DNA of 63,898 nt, counting the filler, from Corallochytrium limacisporum Hawaii (Eukaryota > Protista > Pluriformea): NCBI GenBank assembly GCA_002811645.1. It is 5 parts of 5 records of this genome, joined end to end, with 100 filler letters (N's around TTAATTAATTAA, not from the genome) between each part and the next. Parts side by side here need not be neighbours in the genome. Positions count along the whole stretch, not along the records: positions 30,739 to 40,555 come from PDIP01000154.1; positions 40,656 to 53,756 come from PDIP01000183.1; 3 more parts are not named here. The stretch is one strand, 5' to 3'. The notes below the pieces were generated by a model, which was given only the letters and a program-made list of their open reading frames with translations, did not search any database and had not been told where the DNA came from. The position numbers were made by a program, and so were the translations under genes. Each line of letters begins with the position of its first letter. The stretch's first letter is position 1. This document shows, piece by piece, positions 37,410 through 49,000 of this stretch.

Positions 37410-38831
37410 TTAATTTGATCTGAACCAGCCGCGCTTCTTCTTTGGCGATGCAGAACCGTTCATACCGTTCACTTGTGTCTGAGTGGGTGCTGCACGCGTC
37501 GATGGAGAGGCTTGCATTGATGCTGAATAGTGAGTCGGGGTTTGGGGCGCCAGCAAGGGTCTTTCTTCGTCGGGAACGTAACGCGTGATCTCGGCAGCGC
37601 GATGATTGTAGTTCTTGGCAGTCACAAATGCCTGGATCATGATCGCAATCATGGCCAGGATAAGGTAAGCCATGAGCATGCCCATGGCAGCACCGATGCT
37701 AACGTCTTGGTGCCATCCAATACTCTCCCAACCGACGTGGATGCCGAGGAGGTTGTGTGTGCGCAGGGCTTTGGCAAGGGTGGCAAGTATGGAGCGATTG
37801 AAACCGGTCTTGGCAAAGAAGTCCGCCGCGGAAACCAGGCTCAGAGATCCAATGAACGACGTGGATGCAATCAGGGACGCCCGCTGAGCAAAGAGCACAA
37901 GCAGCACAAAAAGAGCCGCACTGACAGCGTAGATAGCGTACGTGAGGGCATCTTTTGTGATAAAGTCATTCAAGGGGGTGGCCAGCACCACAGTGGAGAT
38001 GCTGAGACCCCACACCAGACCGTAGATGATCATGGTGTAATTCCAGAAGTAAGACACAAGCCAGCCCGTCAGTAGCCCCAGGACAGTCGATAGTATGTAT
38101 ATGACAAGCAAGCTCAGCTGCAGGTGGTCGAAAAACAGGCGGAACGTAAGAATAGAGACAAGAACAAAGCCGAGGAAGAATAGTACCACGCGGTACAAGC
38201 GATAACCCACAAAGGCCATGAGCAAGCCCATGACACCAATGACGGAGGTGTAGATGGCAAGCTGGGCCTTGGGATTGACCGGAAAGTCGGGCTTATGTAC
38301 CGGCCCGGGAGTCGGAGTTTCAGTCACCGTTGTCGTCTCCGTGCTGCGATCAGTTGGCTCCTTCACTGGGTCCTTCGTTGGCTCTGTAGGTTCGTGCGTT
38401 GGTTGCTTTGTAGGTTCGTGCGTTGGTTGCTTTGTAGGTTCGTGCGTTGGTTGCTTTGTAGGTTTGTGCGTTGGTTGCTTTGTAGGTTCGTCCGTGGGTC
38501 GCTCTGTAGGAGTGGGTTGCCCCGTAGGCTCGTCCGTGGGCTCTGTCGTAGGTTCGTCCGTGGGCTCTTCCGTAGGGTTGTCCGTGGGTTGCTCTGTAGG
38601 TTCGTCAGTGAACGGGCCCAGATTTGCAGCTACCGCGCCCGTGAGCTGTTCTTCTGCAGGCTCATTGACCGAAGGCTTCCCATCTTTATTTCCCGAAGTC
38701 TCTGCGGCCTGGACATAGGGTTCAAATACAGGCACCGCCGCCAAGTCCAGCTGAGCTGTGCTTTCTGCCTCCGCAGGCAGTTCCACCAGACCCAGGACAA
38801 CAATGCCTGCCGCCAGTCCGTATTTCTGCAT
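37410..38831 (-). CDS. TMEM198/DUF4203-like multi-pass membrane protein with signal peptide and Pro/Thr-rich stalk
   Basis: Signal peptide, PT(D/H)EPT repeats, then about 7 TM helices with G...AFVGYRLYR..LF..GF and ASTSFIGS. Confidence 0.85.
   Translation of the reverse strand: MQKYGLAAGIVVLGLVELPAEAESTAQLDLAAVPVFEPYVQAAETSGNKDGKPSVNEPAEEQLTGAVAANLGPFTDEPTEQPTDNPTEEPTDEPTTEPTDEPTGQPTPTERPTDEPTKQPTHKPTKQPTHEPTKQPTHEPTKQPTHEPTEPTKDPVKEPTDRSTETTTVTETPTPGPVHKPDFPVNPKAQLAIYTSVIGVMGLLMAFVGYRLYRVVLFFLGFVLVSILTFRLFFDHLQLSLLVIYILSTVLGLLTGWLVSYFWNYTMIIYGLVWGLSISTVVLATPLNDFITKDALTYAIYAVSAALFVLLVLFAQRASLIASTSFIGSLSLVSAADFFAKTGFNRSILATLAKALRTHNLLGIHVGWESIGWHQDVSIGAAMGMLMAYLILAMIAIMIQAFVTAKNYNHRAAEITRYVPDEERPLLAPQTPTHYSASMQASPSTRAAPTQTQVNGMNGSASPKKKRGWFRSN
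38385..38605 (-). repeat. Coding minisatellite (12/24-bp units) encoding PTDE/PTKQ/PTHE repeats
   Basis: GTAGGTTCGTGCGTTGGTTGCTTT repeated. Confidence 0.9.
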
Positions 38832-41257
38832 TCTGTTTGGCAGGATTAACACACTTTCTGGGGCCGCGTGATATCCAAAGTGAAACAGCTACCATTCAAA
38901 GAACATGTTTGTGTGCCTAAATACTTTGGCGGCCACACAGCTTTTCAACAGCCGATGATTAAATAGTCGACAATCTCCTGCACATTCAGACTGGTCACAC
39001 CTCTACTTACGAGCAAGAGACCAGTATACACGCGCTAACCGAGTTTCGCTCAATCAAATTCCCGAAGAAGCAACATAGAAAGAAATTGCTACGGTGAACT
39101 GCAATGGCAGAGCACGGGCCCAGATCCCAACCGAACCCTAACACCCGGAAGGAAGGCGGGGTGGGGCGTACGTAGTCGTCGATGACATTTTCTTCTTTCA
39201 CTCTGCTCCCAATGCCCCTCTTTCTTATTCCTTTGTCCAATGGCCTGTACCTGCCCGTTTGCTTCCCACCAACCCCCAGTGCCACCAAATGCGGTACGCG
39301 CCTGTAACCGGCCCCCCACCCTCCCGCTTTGCCCTGCTGGCCCGGGTAAACTAGTTGTTACTGAGGGTTGCAAAACGAAGGGGCCGGTGGTGGGGGTGTG
39401 CTTACGGCCCACCCACACCGCTGCCGTGAAAATCCTCCCCAAGCCCGCTCCGTCCCCTTGGCCCCGTTTTGTTGGTTGTGACCCATGCTTCACAATTTCT
39501 TCCCTTTCTTGTGGTGGTATCAGGACAGGTTTAGCACCACCTCGAAAACTGAAACCAAGCGTGTTGGTTCTCCTTTGTCGCAAGACAAATGCCAGCGACC
39601 AATCTAGCAAGAAGATTAAGAGAAGGAAAGGAATGTCACAAGCGGATGTGGGAACCCGTGCAACGAACAACCTCCCTCCCAAATCATTTCGTCGTCTGTA
39701 ACCCATAGAAATCCCTAGCCTGTTGGGCACAATCAGAGGTGGTTCGAACTCACCAGACCGTGCACACCCCTGTTCTACTCGTAATGCATGTGCTAAGATT
39801 TTGATGGCGGATATGGAAATTCTTATACAATGATTTTGTGGATAGCGTCCAGGGAGATGTGCGTTGCACTAGGATAAACACAATTACTCAACTGTTACTA
39901 TTCACAGAGCAAATGCATTGGGCCACATGCCAGGGTGAACGTAACATAGCGTCCTCTGAGGAAGTAATACCGGCCATTTGATGTCATTCTCGAAATTGGT
40001 TTCACACATGCCGCACTTCAGGTCCTCTGTATTTGGGCAGTCTCGTTAAAGTCATATCTCTGCTGAGTAACTCGGACAGACCCGTTCAGAGAAACTGATG
40101 CGGCTGCATCACTTGCACTGTGGTGTGCTGACACTATGTGACTGGGAGCGTTGTGTGGATTCCCAAGCAGGGCACCAACAACAAATACGATAGTAGGTGG
40201 AGAACCGCTTGAAACCAAGTACCAACCTCTGCCCCATAAGTTAAGGAGGAATTTAGGTTTATAGGGTCGCAACCTTCTTTGAATCAAATAAATCTTGTCA
40301 CACTTGATTTCTTCCCCTTCCCGCCCTTTTCCCGCACCCTCTTCACTCGTCCTTTTTGACAACCAGTCGTTGTGGTACTTCAGATGGCATAATCCATCAT
40401 CGAAAAAAGGGAATCTTTGACGTGACATCTTTGAATTTTGGAAGAGAATTATGAGAAAACGAGCGAATTCATTGAAATGTGATGATTGCTCATGACTCAT
40501 ACAGCTGTGTTTGAAAGCGATCGGATGGATGGGTCACCATCTACGCCGCCACGAANNNNNNNNNNNNNNNNNNNNNNNNNNNNNNNNNNNNNNNNNNNNT
40601 TAATTAATTAANNNNNNNNNNNNNNNNNNNNNNNNNNNNNNNNNNNNNNNNNNNNAGAGAGAGAGAGAGAGAGAGAGATAGGGAGCGGGAGCGAGGGCGA
40701 AGTGGTGTTGGAAAGGCAAGGGTTGGTCGGTGCCTGGTACACCACCGCTGTGGTCCCGGTGCTGGAAGCGCCCGGTGAACGGCACAATTCCAACACCCCC
40801 CCCCCCACTCCCTACCAACCCTCTCTCCGAAGGCAAGCAAATCAGGAAAAGGCAAGTGGACTTGGAGTGGAAGAGGGGGACACCCCCCAACCTCTACCAT
40901 TCAAACAGAGGGTCGGCAGGGACGGTAGGAATGCAGGAGGACGAGAGGAAGTAAAAGGAGGCGAGGGGGGAGAGAGGGGGGGTGGGGTGGTGTGTGTTAG
41001 GGCGGAGAGCTGTAGCTGTTAGTACGAATTGGCAGTGCCAATTTTAGGAAGTGTTCCGGGATTGCTGACTAGATGATAGGAATTCGTTTGGGATAGTACA
41101 GCTCCGTTCCGTGCGAACAGACTGCCTGTGTACTTAAGTCCAGACAGTCCGAGGAGTAGGACTCAGAACAGCAAGTGCATCTGAGCTTTGTATTCTAACC
41201 AATCCATATAAAGAAGGCACTCTAAAGAAGAAACGACACACGCACACACAAACAATT

Positions 41258-43891
41258 ATGGATCCAATCAGCAAGGCAGCCGAGCGTACTCCGGTCTTTG
41301 ACCACCATGCGCATCCCATTACACACGGTTGGGCAAGCCGCAGCCTTGCACAGTACCTCTGCGAACGGGATGCTAGTGATCCCGAGGTCACCACCAGTGT
41401 AGCCTACAAGCGGGCCACCCGGGAGCTGGCGCGCAGAAAGTTGACCCGCGGAGGGCCAGTGGACCAGAAAACATACGCTCAGAAGGCGTTTGACGAGGCC
41501 AAAATAGGTGCTCTCCTGCTGGATGACCTCTTCATGCGTCCGTCAGAACGGGAGACTTCAGAGTACCACGCTGGTCTCACAGTCCATGGCACTTGCGGAC
41601 GCATCGTGCGCTTGGAAGCACTGATTGCGGACTGGGTGGAGCAAAATTTGCCCACCGGCTCGTGTCCCGGAGTGGAGAACTTGAAGCAATACATTGCTGA
41701 CGCCTGCGCTGGCGAGCAAGTGTCGGGTCTGAAGTCCGCCATCTGCTACCGCACCGGACTGGCCGTAGCGACCCAGTGGACCTGGGAGGATGCTCAATCC
41801 GCGCTGCAGCACTATTGGGACCGCTGCATCCAGGCCCGCTGCGAAGGTCAGACTGACGGTCTGCCGGCCGTTGGTCTTCTTAGCGATAGTCGGGATGCCT
41901 GCTTGCAGGAGAAAGCCTTGCTGGACCTCGTCCTAATCTGGGCATCTTCGGGAAACTTCACCACCGTGCCAGTGCAGATCCATACCGGGTTTGGAGACCG
42001 CGATCTGTCCTTGGTGAATGCGAATCCTGCACTACTGCAGCCGTACCTGGAGCATCTGAACAAGCTCAAGTCCCCGCAGAAGGTAGTCCTCCTGCACGCA
42101 TCTCACCCCTACAGTTCTGAGGCCAGCTACCTAGCGTCCGTGTTCGACTCCGTGTATCTCGACTGCTCCCTCGCCATTCCTTTGTTGAGTCACCGCATGA
42201 TGGAGCATGCCATCCAGGAGCTCATGGGATTGTGTCCGTTGGACAAGCTCATGTTCTCGACCGACGCACACCACAGCCCTGAGCTGTTCCTGTTGGGCAC
42301 CATCGACGGGCGCCGGGTTCTGGAGAAGGTATTGAAGAAGGCAGTACAGGACGGCGACCTGAGCCCCGAGGAGGCCGCTCAGACAGCGTGCGATATTCTT
42401 TGGAACAATGCCTGCCGGCTCTATGGCTTTGATCGGAATACCAAGAATCTTTTGCCACTGTACGATGCTAAGAACCTGTGCGGTGACTTGAACAACTCCG
42501 ATCCCATGTCCTTTAACAATGCCAGCCGCACCAGCAACTGGGATACCCTGCGCATGTGCATTACTGACATGGGTGGTTTATTGCGGGCGAGAGCTTTTGA
42601 CCGTGATTACGTGGAACGCAAACTCGTAGTTGAGGGTGGTGACAACCTGTTCGAATGGTGCAAGCCGATTGGTCTTACCAAGGCCTTGCTGGTCGTGCCC
42701 TACTTTGGTGACGTACCCTGTGCCAACAAATACGACTACGGTCCTGTTGGTGAGGTCGATATGATGCCTGCCAAGGACTGTGTGGCCAGGGCCCTGCCCG
42801 ACTTGGGTAACGGTACGCTGAAGGATACCTCTGTGATGGTCATGGCTGACATGCTTGAGAAGAAGACTGGTGTCCCTGCAGATGCTTGCCCTCGCAACTT
42901 CCTCCGCAAGATGGTCCGCAAACTCAAGGACGACCACGGTCTGACAGCCCTTATCGGTCTTGAGCACGAATTCATTCTCTACGAAAAGGCTGATCACCCC
43001 AACGCCTCAGAAGCTAACTTTGTGGAGGAATTGAACGGCCAGTTCTACTTACCGGTCGATCTGTGCAACTACGCTTCCACTGACGGCTTGAATCGTACGT
43101 ATGCCTTTTGGACGGAGCTGAAGCAACACCTAAAGAGGAACGACATTATCATCGAACAGTACCACGTCGAATCGAGTCCGGGTCAGTTTGAGTTAATCAC
43201 TCCCCCGAAAGATCCAATGTCCGCTGTCGATGACGCCTTGTATTTGCGGGAGTGCATTCGCGCCCTTGCCATCAAGCACGGCATGTATGCCTCTTTCCTG
43301 CCCCAGCGCGTCAAGGCCATGGGTGCCGGAAATGGTGCACATCTTCACCTTTCCGTGTGGAAGGATGGTGAAAACTGTTTCGGATCCAGTAATCCCGAGC
43401 ATTCCCGCTTGGCTGAGCACGTCGTTGGTGGTCTGCATGCCGGGTTGGATCACATTTCGTTCTTCACCCTGGGCAGCGACGAGTCATACCGTCGCTTGCT
43501 GCCTGGCTTTTGGTCCGGCGCCTACCAGATTTACGGTGAAGAGAACAAGGAGGCGCCGCTTCGTGGTTGTGGCAACAACGTGGAGGTGAAGACCAGCGAT
43601 GCCACGAGCAATCTATTCCTCTCCGTTGGAGCCATGCTCGCACTGAGTTGCAAGGGTCTCACGGACAAGGCGCCCATGCCCGCCAACACTCTGGAAGTGC
43701 CTCCGGCCGATTCTCCGATTCCGCGCATGCCGCAGAGTCGTGAGGAGGCCTACAAGGCTATGCTAGCCAACAAGCCGTTTTGGGAGGAGAACATGGGGCC
43801 GGTCTTGCTCGAGATTTACTCTGTCACGCAGACACAGAAGGTCATCATGGAACCGGTTCCAAAGGACCAGCTCGGTTTCTTACGGTACTAA
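41258..43891 (+). CDS. fluG: FluG/NodGS-like fusion: amidohydrolase + glutamine-synthetase-I-like domain
   Basis: DHHAH, LKSAICYRTGL, QIHTGFGD, VLLHASHPY, FSTDAH; then CPRNFL, GLEHEF, HVESSPGQFE, GNGAHLHLS, NKEAPLR. Confidence 0.9.
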   Translation: MDPISKAAERTPVFDHHAHPITHGWASRSLAQYLCERDASDPEVTTSVAYKRATRELARRKLTRGGPVDQKTYAQKAFDEAKIGALLLDDLFMRPSERETSEYHAGLTVHGTCGRIVRLEALIADWVEQNLPTGSCPGVENLKQYIADACAGEQVSGLKSAICYRTGLAVATQWTWEDAQSALQHYWDRCIQARCEGQTDGLPAVGLLSDSRDACLQEKALLDLVLIWASSGNFTTVPVQIHTGFGDRDLSLVNANPALLQPYLEHLNKLKSPQKVVLLHASHPYSSEASYLASVFDSVYLDCSLAIPLLSHRMMEHAIQELMGLCPLDKLMFSTDAHHSPELFLLGTIDGRRVLEKVLKKAVQDGDLSPEEAAQTACDILWNNACRLYGFDRNTKNLLPLYDAKNLCGDLNNSDPMSFNNASRTSNWDTLRMCITDMGGLLRARAFDRDYVERKLVVEGGDNLFEWCKPIGLTKALLVVPYFGDVPCANKYDYGPVGEVDMMPAKDCVARALPDLGNGTLKDTSVMVMADMLEKKTGVPADACPRNFLRKMVRKLKDDHGLTALIGLEHEFILYEKADHPNASEANFVEELNGQFYLPVDLCNYASTDGLNRTYAFWTELKQHLKRNDIIIEQYHVESSPGQFELITPPKDPMSAVDDALYLRECIRALAIKHGMYASFLPQRVKAMGAGNGAHLHLSVWKDGENCFGSSNPEHSRLAEHVVGGLHAGLDHISFFTLGSDESYRRLLPGFWSGAYQIYGEENKEAPLRGCGNNVEVKTSDATSNLFLSVGAMLALSCKGLTDKAPMPANTLEVPPADSPIPRMPQSREEAYKAMLANKPFWEENMGPVLLEIYSVTQTQKVIMEPVPKDQLGFLRY

Positions 43892-44027
43892 TGCTCCCGA
43901 ACTGGCCGAGACAGGACCTCTTCTCATGTCCTGTACATAGTGTTCAACCAAGAGAATATTATCATGTTATTGTCCAGCTTCACATCGTGTATCTTGTTTC
44001 ATAGTTAATTAGTTTTTACTAAGGATT

Positions 44028-44735
44028 TCAAATCTCACTCGGTATATCGTATATGCCTCTGTCCCGCTTTTCGGTGGACCGCCTGCTCTTCCTGCTTGAG
44101 CTGGTGCTCTTTCTGCTTGAGCGGCGTGGACTAGACACCTGGCTTTCCTTAACTACAACCTTACGCAAATCCCAATCGACATACACTTCACGCCCTCTGA
44201 CCAGCAAGGACGGGAGGAGGTTGCCACAGCACGTGGCGTCGATAATGTCCAAAAGTCCAAACGTCGACCCAACCATTAATCCCACAATCATGGTCCTCGG
44301 TCGGAAGAGAGAAACCACCGGAATAAGCCCGGTCTGGCGAATCGGTATGAACTGAATGACGAGGATGACGATCAGTATCAGTACGGAAGAAATCCATGTG
44401 GCGATTTCTGACCTGAACACAAGCTCAGTGCACTCTTCAACTGTTACCCCGAATGCTGTGTGTTGGGCCTCGCAATCATGGATATCTGCCAGTCCATAGC
44501 CGGTGAGCCAGGCCACGAAGTAAAAACATCCCATGCGCCAAATGAGGACATCGTAAAAGTAGTGCTTGATCCGCAGAGGATGGTGTCCCGGCCACACATT
44601 CGTGGCGTACTGTGCTACAAATTTGAACGTACTTGATTCTGCGTACGGATCCTGTGCAAGATCCAGGTCGTGGAGGTCATGGTCCTCGCTATGGTGGACA
44701 ATGATATTGCCTCCAGAATAGCTTTCTGTCACCAT
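44028..44735 (-). CDS. Hypothetical membrane protein with Ser/Arg-rich tail
   Basis: 235-aa ATG ORF with about 3 hydrophobic segments; no family recognised. Confidence 0.6.
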   Translation of the reverse strand: MVTESYSGGNIIVHHSEDHDLHDLDLAQDPYAESSTFKFVAQYATNVWPGHHPLRIKHYFYDVLIWRMGCFYFVAWLTGYGLADIHDCEAQHTAFGVTVEECTELVFRSEIATWISSVLILIVILVIQFIPIRQTGLIPVVSLFRPRTMIVGLMVGSTFGLLDIIDATCCGNLLPSLLVRGREVYVDWDLRKVVVKESQVSSPRRSSRKSTSSSRKSRRSTEKRDRGIYDIPSEI

Positions 44736-44794
44736 TGCGATGCGTCTGTGGACGCTTTCTGTTATCAGTTACTCTTCGCTGGGTTTGTTCTTGC

Positions 44795-45571
44795 TCAGAC
44801 TACGGAATTTCTCCGTTTTGAGGTGTGAGTTTCACTCAGCACTTCTGTTCCTTGTCTTCGTGCTGGACGCCAGCGGAAATGACTGTACTCTGCAAGAACG
44901 ATTTTTTCACGCCTTGCAGCTGACTTGGAGTGTGTTCTCTGCTTTGAAGGACTGCGCGATCGGGATCTCCGCGGAAGCTTTCGAAGAAGAAAACCTCTCT
45001 TGCGCTTGCGAGTTGTGTCTTTGCGCCTACTGGTGGAAGCAACAGTAACAGCAGCGGCAGCAGTGACAGCAGAAGCGGAGGTAGCAGCTGGAGGAGGAAC
45101 AGTTACAATCTCCGGAATCTGAGGGCAACCCCTACTGTATCGGGTGCCAAAGGATGGTTCGTATTGGCTGAAAGAGCTTTCAGTGACCTGATCGGTTGAA
45201 TCAACGATCACAACAACTTGAGGTGTTCCTACTGCCGACGATTCCCTGTGGTTAGCAATAATAGTTCGGTCGCTAAACTGAACACAACTCCGATCAGACC
45301 TACGCTGTTGCTTTTTCTTGTTGTGCCTTCGACGCCAGCGCTCGTTTCGTCGGTAGGTATCGTAATATGTGTTAAAGACAACGCCAATGTCTCCCCTAAT
45401 CAGGAAATAGTATGCTACTGCTACTGAAATACCCAAAAATATAATGAGCGCAGCTTCGATTCTTGGATCACCCCTTAATATATGAGGAACTGTAAGAGCA
45501 ATAATCGAAAAAAAAAGTGATACTACGGCACTCCTCTGTCTTACGGTTATGGCCTCATCCAGAGCTGGCAT
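44795..45571 (-). CDS. Hypothetical two-TM protein with very basic C-terminus
   Basis: ORF open to 45709, first ATG 45571; two TM segments, then R/K/S-rich tail. Confidence 0.5.
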   Translation of the reverse strand: MPALDEAITVRQRSAVVSLFFSIIALTVPHILRGDPRIEAALIIFLGISVAVAYYFLIRGDIGVVFNTYYDTYRRNERWRRRHNKKKQQRRSDRSCVQFSDRTIIANHRESSAVGTPQVVVIVDSTDQVTESSFSQYEPSFGTRYSRGCPQIPEIVTVPPPAATSASAVTAAAAVTVASTSRRKDTTRKRKRGFLLRKLPRRSRSRSPSKQRTHSKSAARREKIVLAEYSHFRWRPARRQGTEVLSETHTSKRRNSVV

Positions 45572-46077
45572 TATGTCATCCGACTTACATAGTCCCTGTA
45601 GGCAATATGGATAACTTTCTTCGCTATGTTCTACTTCCCGAACTGTGTACCATGATCTAAGCGTGGCATTTTGCCTGTAGAAGCATATTGAGATCCTCGA
45701 AATACCCACCTAGAGTGGACCTATCACTGGCCAAGTGTCCTAAGAGTCCTCATCTGTGTATACATGTTCATCAGTCTTGGTGAAGGAGATTGTGCGCATG
45801 GCGCGGACGACGACCAGGGTTGCGAGACGAAGTCGGAATAAGGCGCAATATGCCCAGTCAGTCACAGTATATCAACGCTTCCTTCCTTTCCCCCCTTTCA
45901 CCCCTCCCTAACGTCCATCTCGCCGCCTGTCTCATGTCCCCCCTCTCCCCCCCCCGGGGGAACAAATTCAGTACAGGTATGCCAAAATGTCGAAAACCAC
46001 TTGCTCCTTTGCGTACACAATATATGTGAATATTGAATCTCTCGGTGAGTAGTCCCACCTGCCAGGGGGTTACTCAT

Positions 46078-46097
46078 CCCCCCCCCCGGGGGGGGGG
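46078..46097. promoter_or_regulatory. Perfect C10G10 palindrome, representative of a dispersed Cn-Gn element
   Basis: About 14 related copies in the window, mostly upstream of genes. The regulatory role is inferred. Confidence 0.45.
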
Positions 46098-49000
46098 CGT
46101 TCTCTGACCCCACAAAACCTTCATCACTTTTGGTGCCGTCCCATCCAATTTCTCCTCGTTCTTGCCCGCATATACTCAAACTCCGTTACCCGTCTCCTAG
46201 TATCCGTCCCCTACCCCGCCCGTAGCAATATTTTCCATTTGATCTGTCGAACAGTCACACAGTCTTGACACTGTCCCACTCACCCTTTTTGGTTCCCTGC
46301 CTCCGTTCCCCCCCTCCGTTTTGGTGCTTGCTGCCTGAAGCGTCGTCATCCAAGAATTCCCGCCTTTGGCTTCTTTCGATTTTACAGTTTTCCCCGCAAA
46401 GCCGAGCGAGCTTCTTCACACCCAATGTTCAACGGTACGTAGTTTGAACACCAATACTAGAAGATCGTCACTACGTGTGCAATGATCCACATGGCCTACT
46501 CATCCAGTTCTTCTTGGCCCACATTGGAGAAGAGATGTTCCCTCGTCCTCCCTGTCGGGAGCTCCCCCTTTGACGTGTTAACATTCACTCAGGCCAGCCG
46601 TGAACATTGGGGATCCAAGGCGCGCACATTTAATGGAGCTGCTTCGGCAAGATGAGATTATCTGCTTGTCTCTGGGTCTGTGGCTTAGTGCTGTAACTCT
46701 ATTGATGTCCGACCCACCAGTGGTGTGTGCTTTGGCACGCTACTACTACTTTCTGGTCCATGTCTAATTCTTGCCTTCCACCATCCAAGTCGATATCATG
46801 CCATACCTTGTTTGAATCCCCTTGCCGGTGGTGTCTCCAAAGCAATAGTAAAATTGCGTGCGTGTTACTGGACAAAGCAACCTTTCCCAGGTATACCGTA
46901 TAGTGGTTGCAGTTTGCACAGATCTTGCTGCAACAATTTGCAAGACGACCACGTCCCCCCCGGGGCTGGGCAGGCAGGCAGGGTGTATATATCAGTCATC
47001 GCGCACACCTCCTATCAGTAGTCATACGAATTCTTGTTCTTCTACCATTCCTTCATATCCCCACCTACGTCCACCGTTTTCTGCAGCAACTCTCCATTTT
47101 TTCCCCCGTTCATATCTATGTTTTGGAGCATGTGTCAGAAAGATTTGTGTTACTTTTCTGATGATCTGAGGTCCCTTTATAACGTGGGGCGGCTGTAACC
47201 TGCAACCAACTGTGACCCAGTTATTCTTGTACGACCCGCTTCTTTTATCCTACACATGCCAGCAGTGATCCCCTTCCTAGGGCCGGGGCATGCCCGGTGG
47301 TGAGTAACCCGAGTTTCATTGGTGGAATGCAGGAGGCGGAGATGCTTTTGGAAAACACCTCGCCCGACTCAGGTATGTCAGTGTGCGAATTCGGGAGGGG
47401 GTGGCGGAGAGTTATTGCGTTTTGCCGCCCGAGGAAGGTGGGGGGAGTATCGTGACGATGATCGGTAAGAACTGACACAACAGACGTAATGGCAAGCAAA
47501 AAGGAAAAGAAAACAAACTCGTTGCTTCCAGGTAAACACAGTCATGAGATTTTTTTGCTTTGCGAACTAAACCTTACCTACTGTGGAGATCCTCATTGTC
47601 TACTTGTACCTGGGTGCCTATACTGTCATGTGTCCTACGCCCAAACGCACGGGACGATTAGTGAAAGGGGTGGATGGGAGTACAGGTGCCCTTGATGATG
47701 AACCACGTTGATTAATCCCGCTGCATTTCCATTACCCAAACTTAAGTCACTTTAGACTGGTTACAGATTGTCTTGTGTGCGTCGCACTTCCTACCTCTTC
47801 CATGCAACGTGGCTCTCGTTTACATACTACAACTTAGGCATGATTCGGTTTATGTTTATGTCCTCCCGTTCATTTATCTTCTTTATGTTCCGTACCCTGG
47901 GGTACCGGTCTACTTTTTGATGGTGTGGGACGCGGAGTCTGAGTGAATGAGCTGGCATTGGTGAGCATTCCTACTTCCACCAAACTTCATCGTCAGCGAT
48001 GCCAGGTGGATGGCATGGATGGTTTTGGATTCGCATAGCTTGGTGTAGGCTTTGGGTGAAGGAGCACTTTCATTCTGCTACTCGGCTGTCTTATTTATTG
48101 ACATAGAGGAAAGGTGCCGCCCTAGAATTTTGACCCAGCCGATGGGCTAATCGGGGGAATGAATTCAGAAACAAACGTCAATGTCTCCGCACTCCAGGAT
48201 AAATGCACGGTCCAACACCATTTTCTAGCCGGGTAGTAGCCGGTTAGAAGCATTGTGATCTAGTCGTTGATTCGGACAGAAAAGATGTCATTTGAGGGGG
48301 TTTGAAACCTGCCGTACTGTCCTTCCCAGTGCCGTAGCAAATACTTTTGGGACAGTTCAGAGCCATGAATGGAGCAGAATATTGGGGAGACGCAACTATC
48401 TCTGTCGACTGATAAATGTTCCTGTGAACTACAAGACACAATGCCCGCAAGGAAGAGAGACGTTTCTGCACTCCGCCGGCCCCCCCATGTACACGATGTC
48501 TGCTACGTATTCGCTCTTGCCCTTTCCGTTTCACACTTACTGCACTGGGATCGAAAAATACGCGTCAAAAGGGAAGGAGTGGTTCCAAATTACAAACCCT
48601 AGCGAAAATGTGGGACTGCTGTGAATTACCGCACACTGGTTGCCCTCACGTAGACCAATGCTAAGAGCAGCACAGTCCCTTTTTGGGAACCCAGTCCGTG
48701 AACACCCCGCGTATAGTGTGTGGTGGGTTGTGGATTGAAAGATGGAGTAACTGGCCGTTCGTATGTGGGCCATGTTGAGATCAAAAAGGGATCAGCCCGT
48801 CTTCGTGGGTGACAAAGACACAGCTGAACATGGATCCGCATGTCCTGAACGGATTTGGACGAGAGAGGAGAGATAAGTTGTGGACGGGCACTGGTATTGA
48901 CCATTATTAGTCCCACCACAAATATCGGTGTAACCTAACGGATATCTATGTTGAACCAGTACAAACGGATACATAGTAGAAGTAGAAACGTAGAATACCG

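Noticed and set aside
38380-38610. CRISPR-like regular repeats
   Set aside because: No unique spacers; it is a coding minisatellite in a eukaryotic gene.
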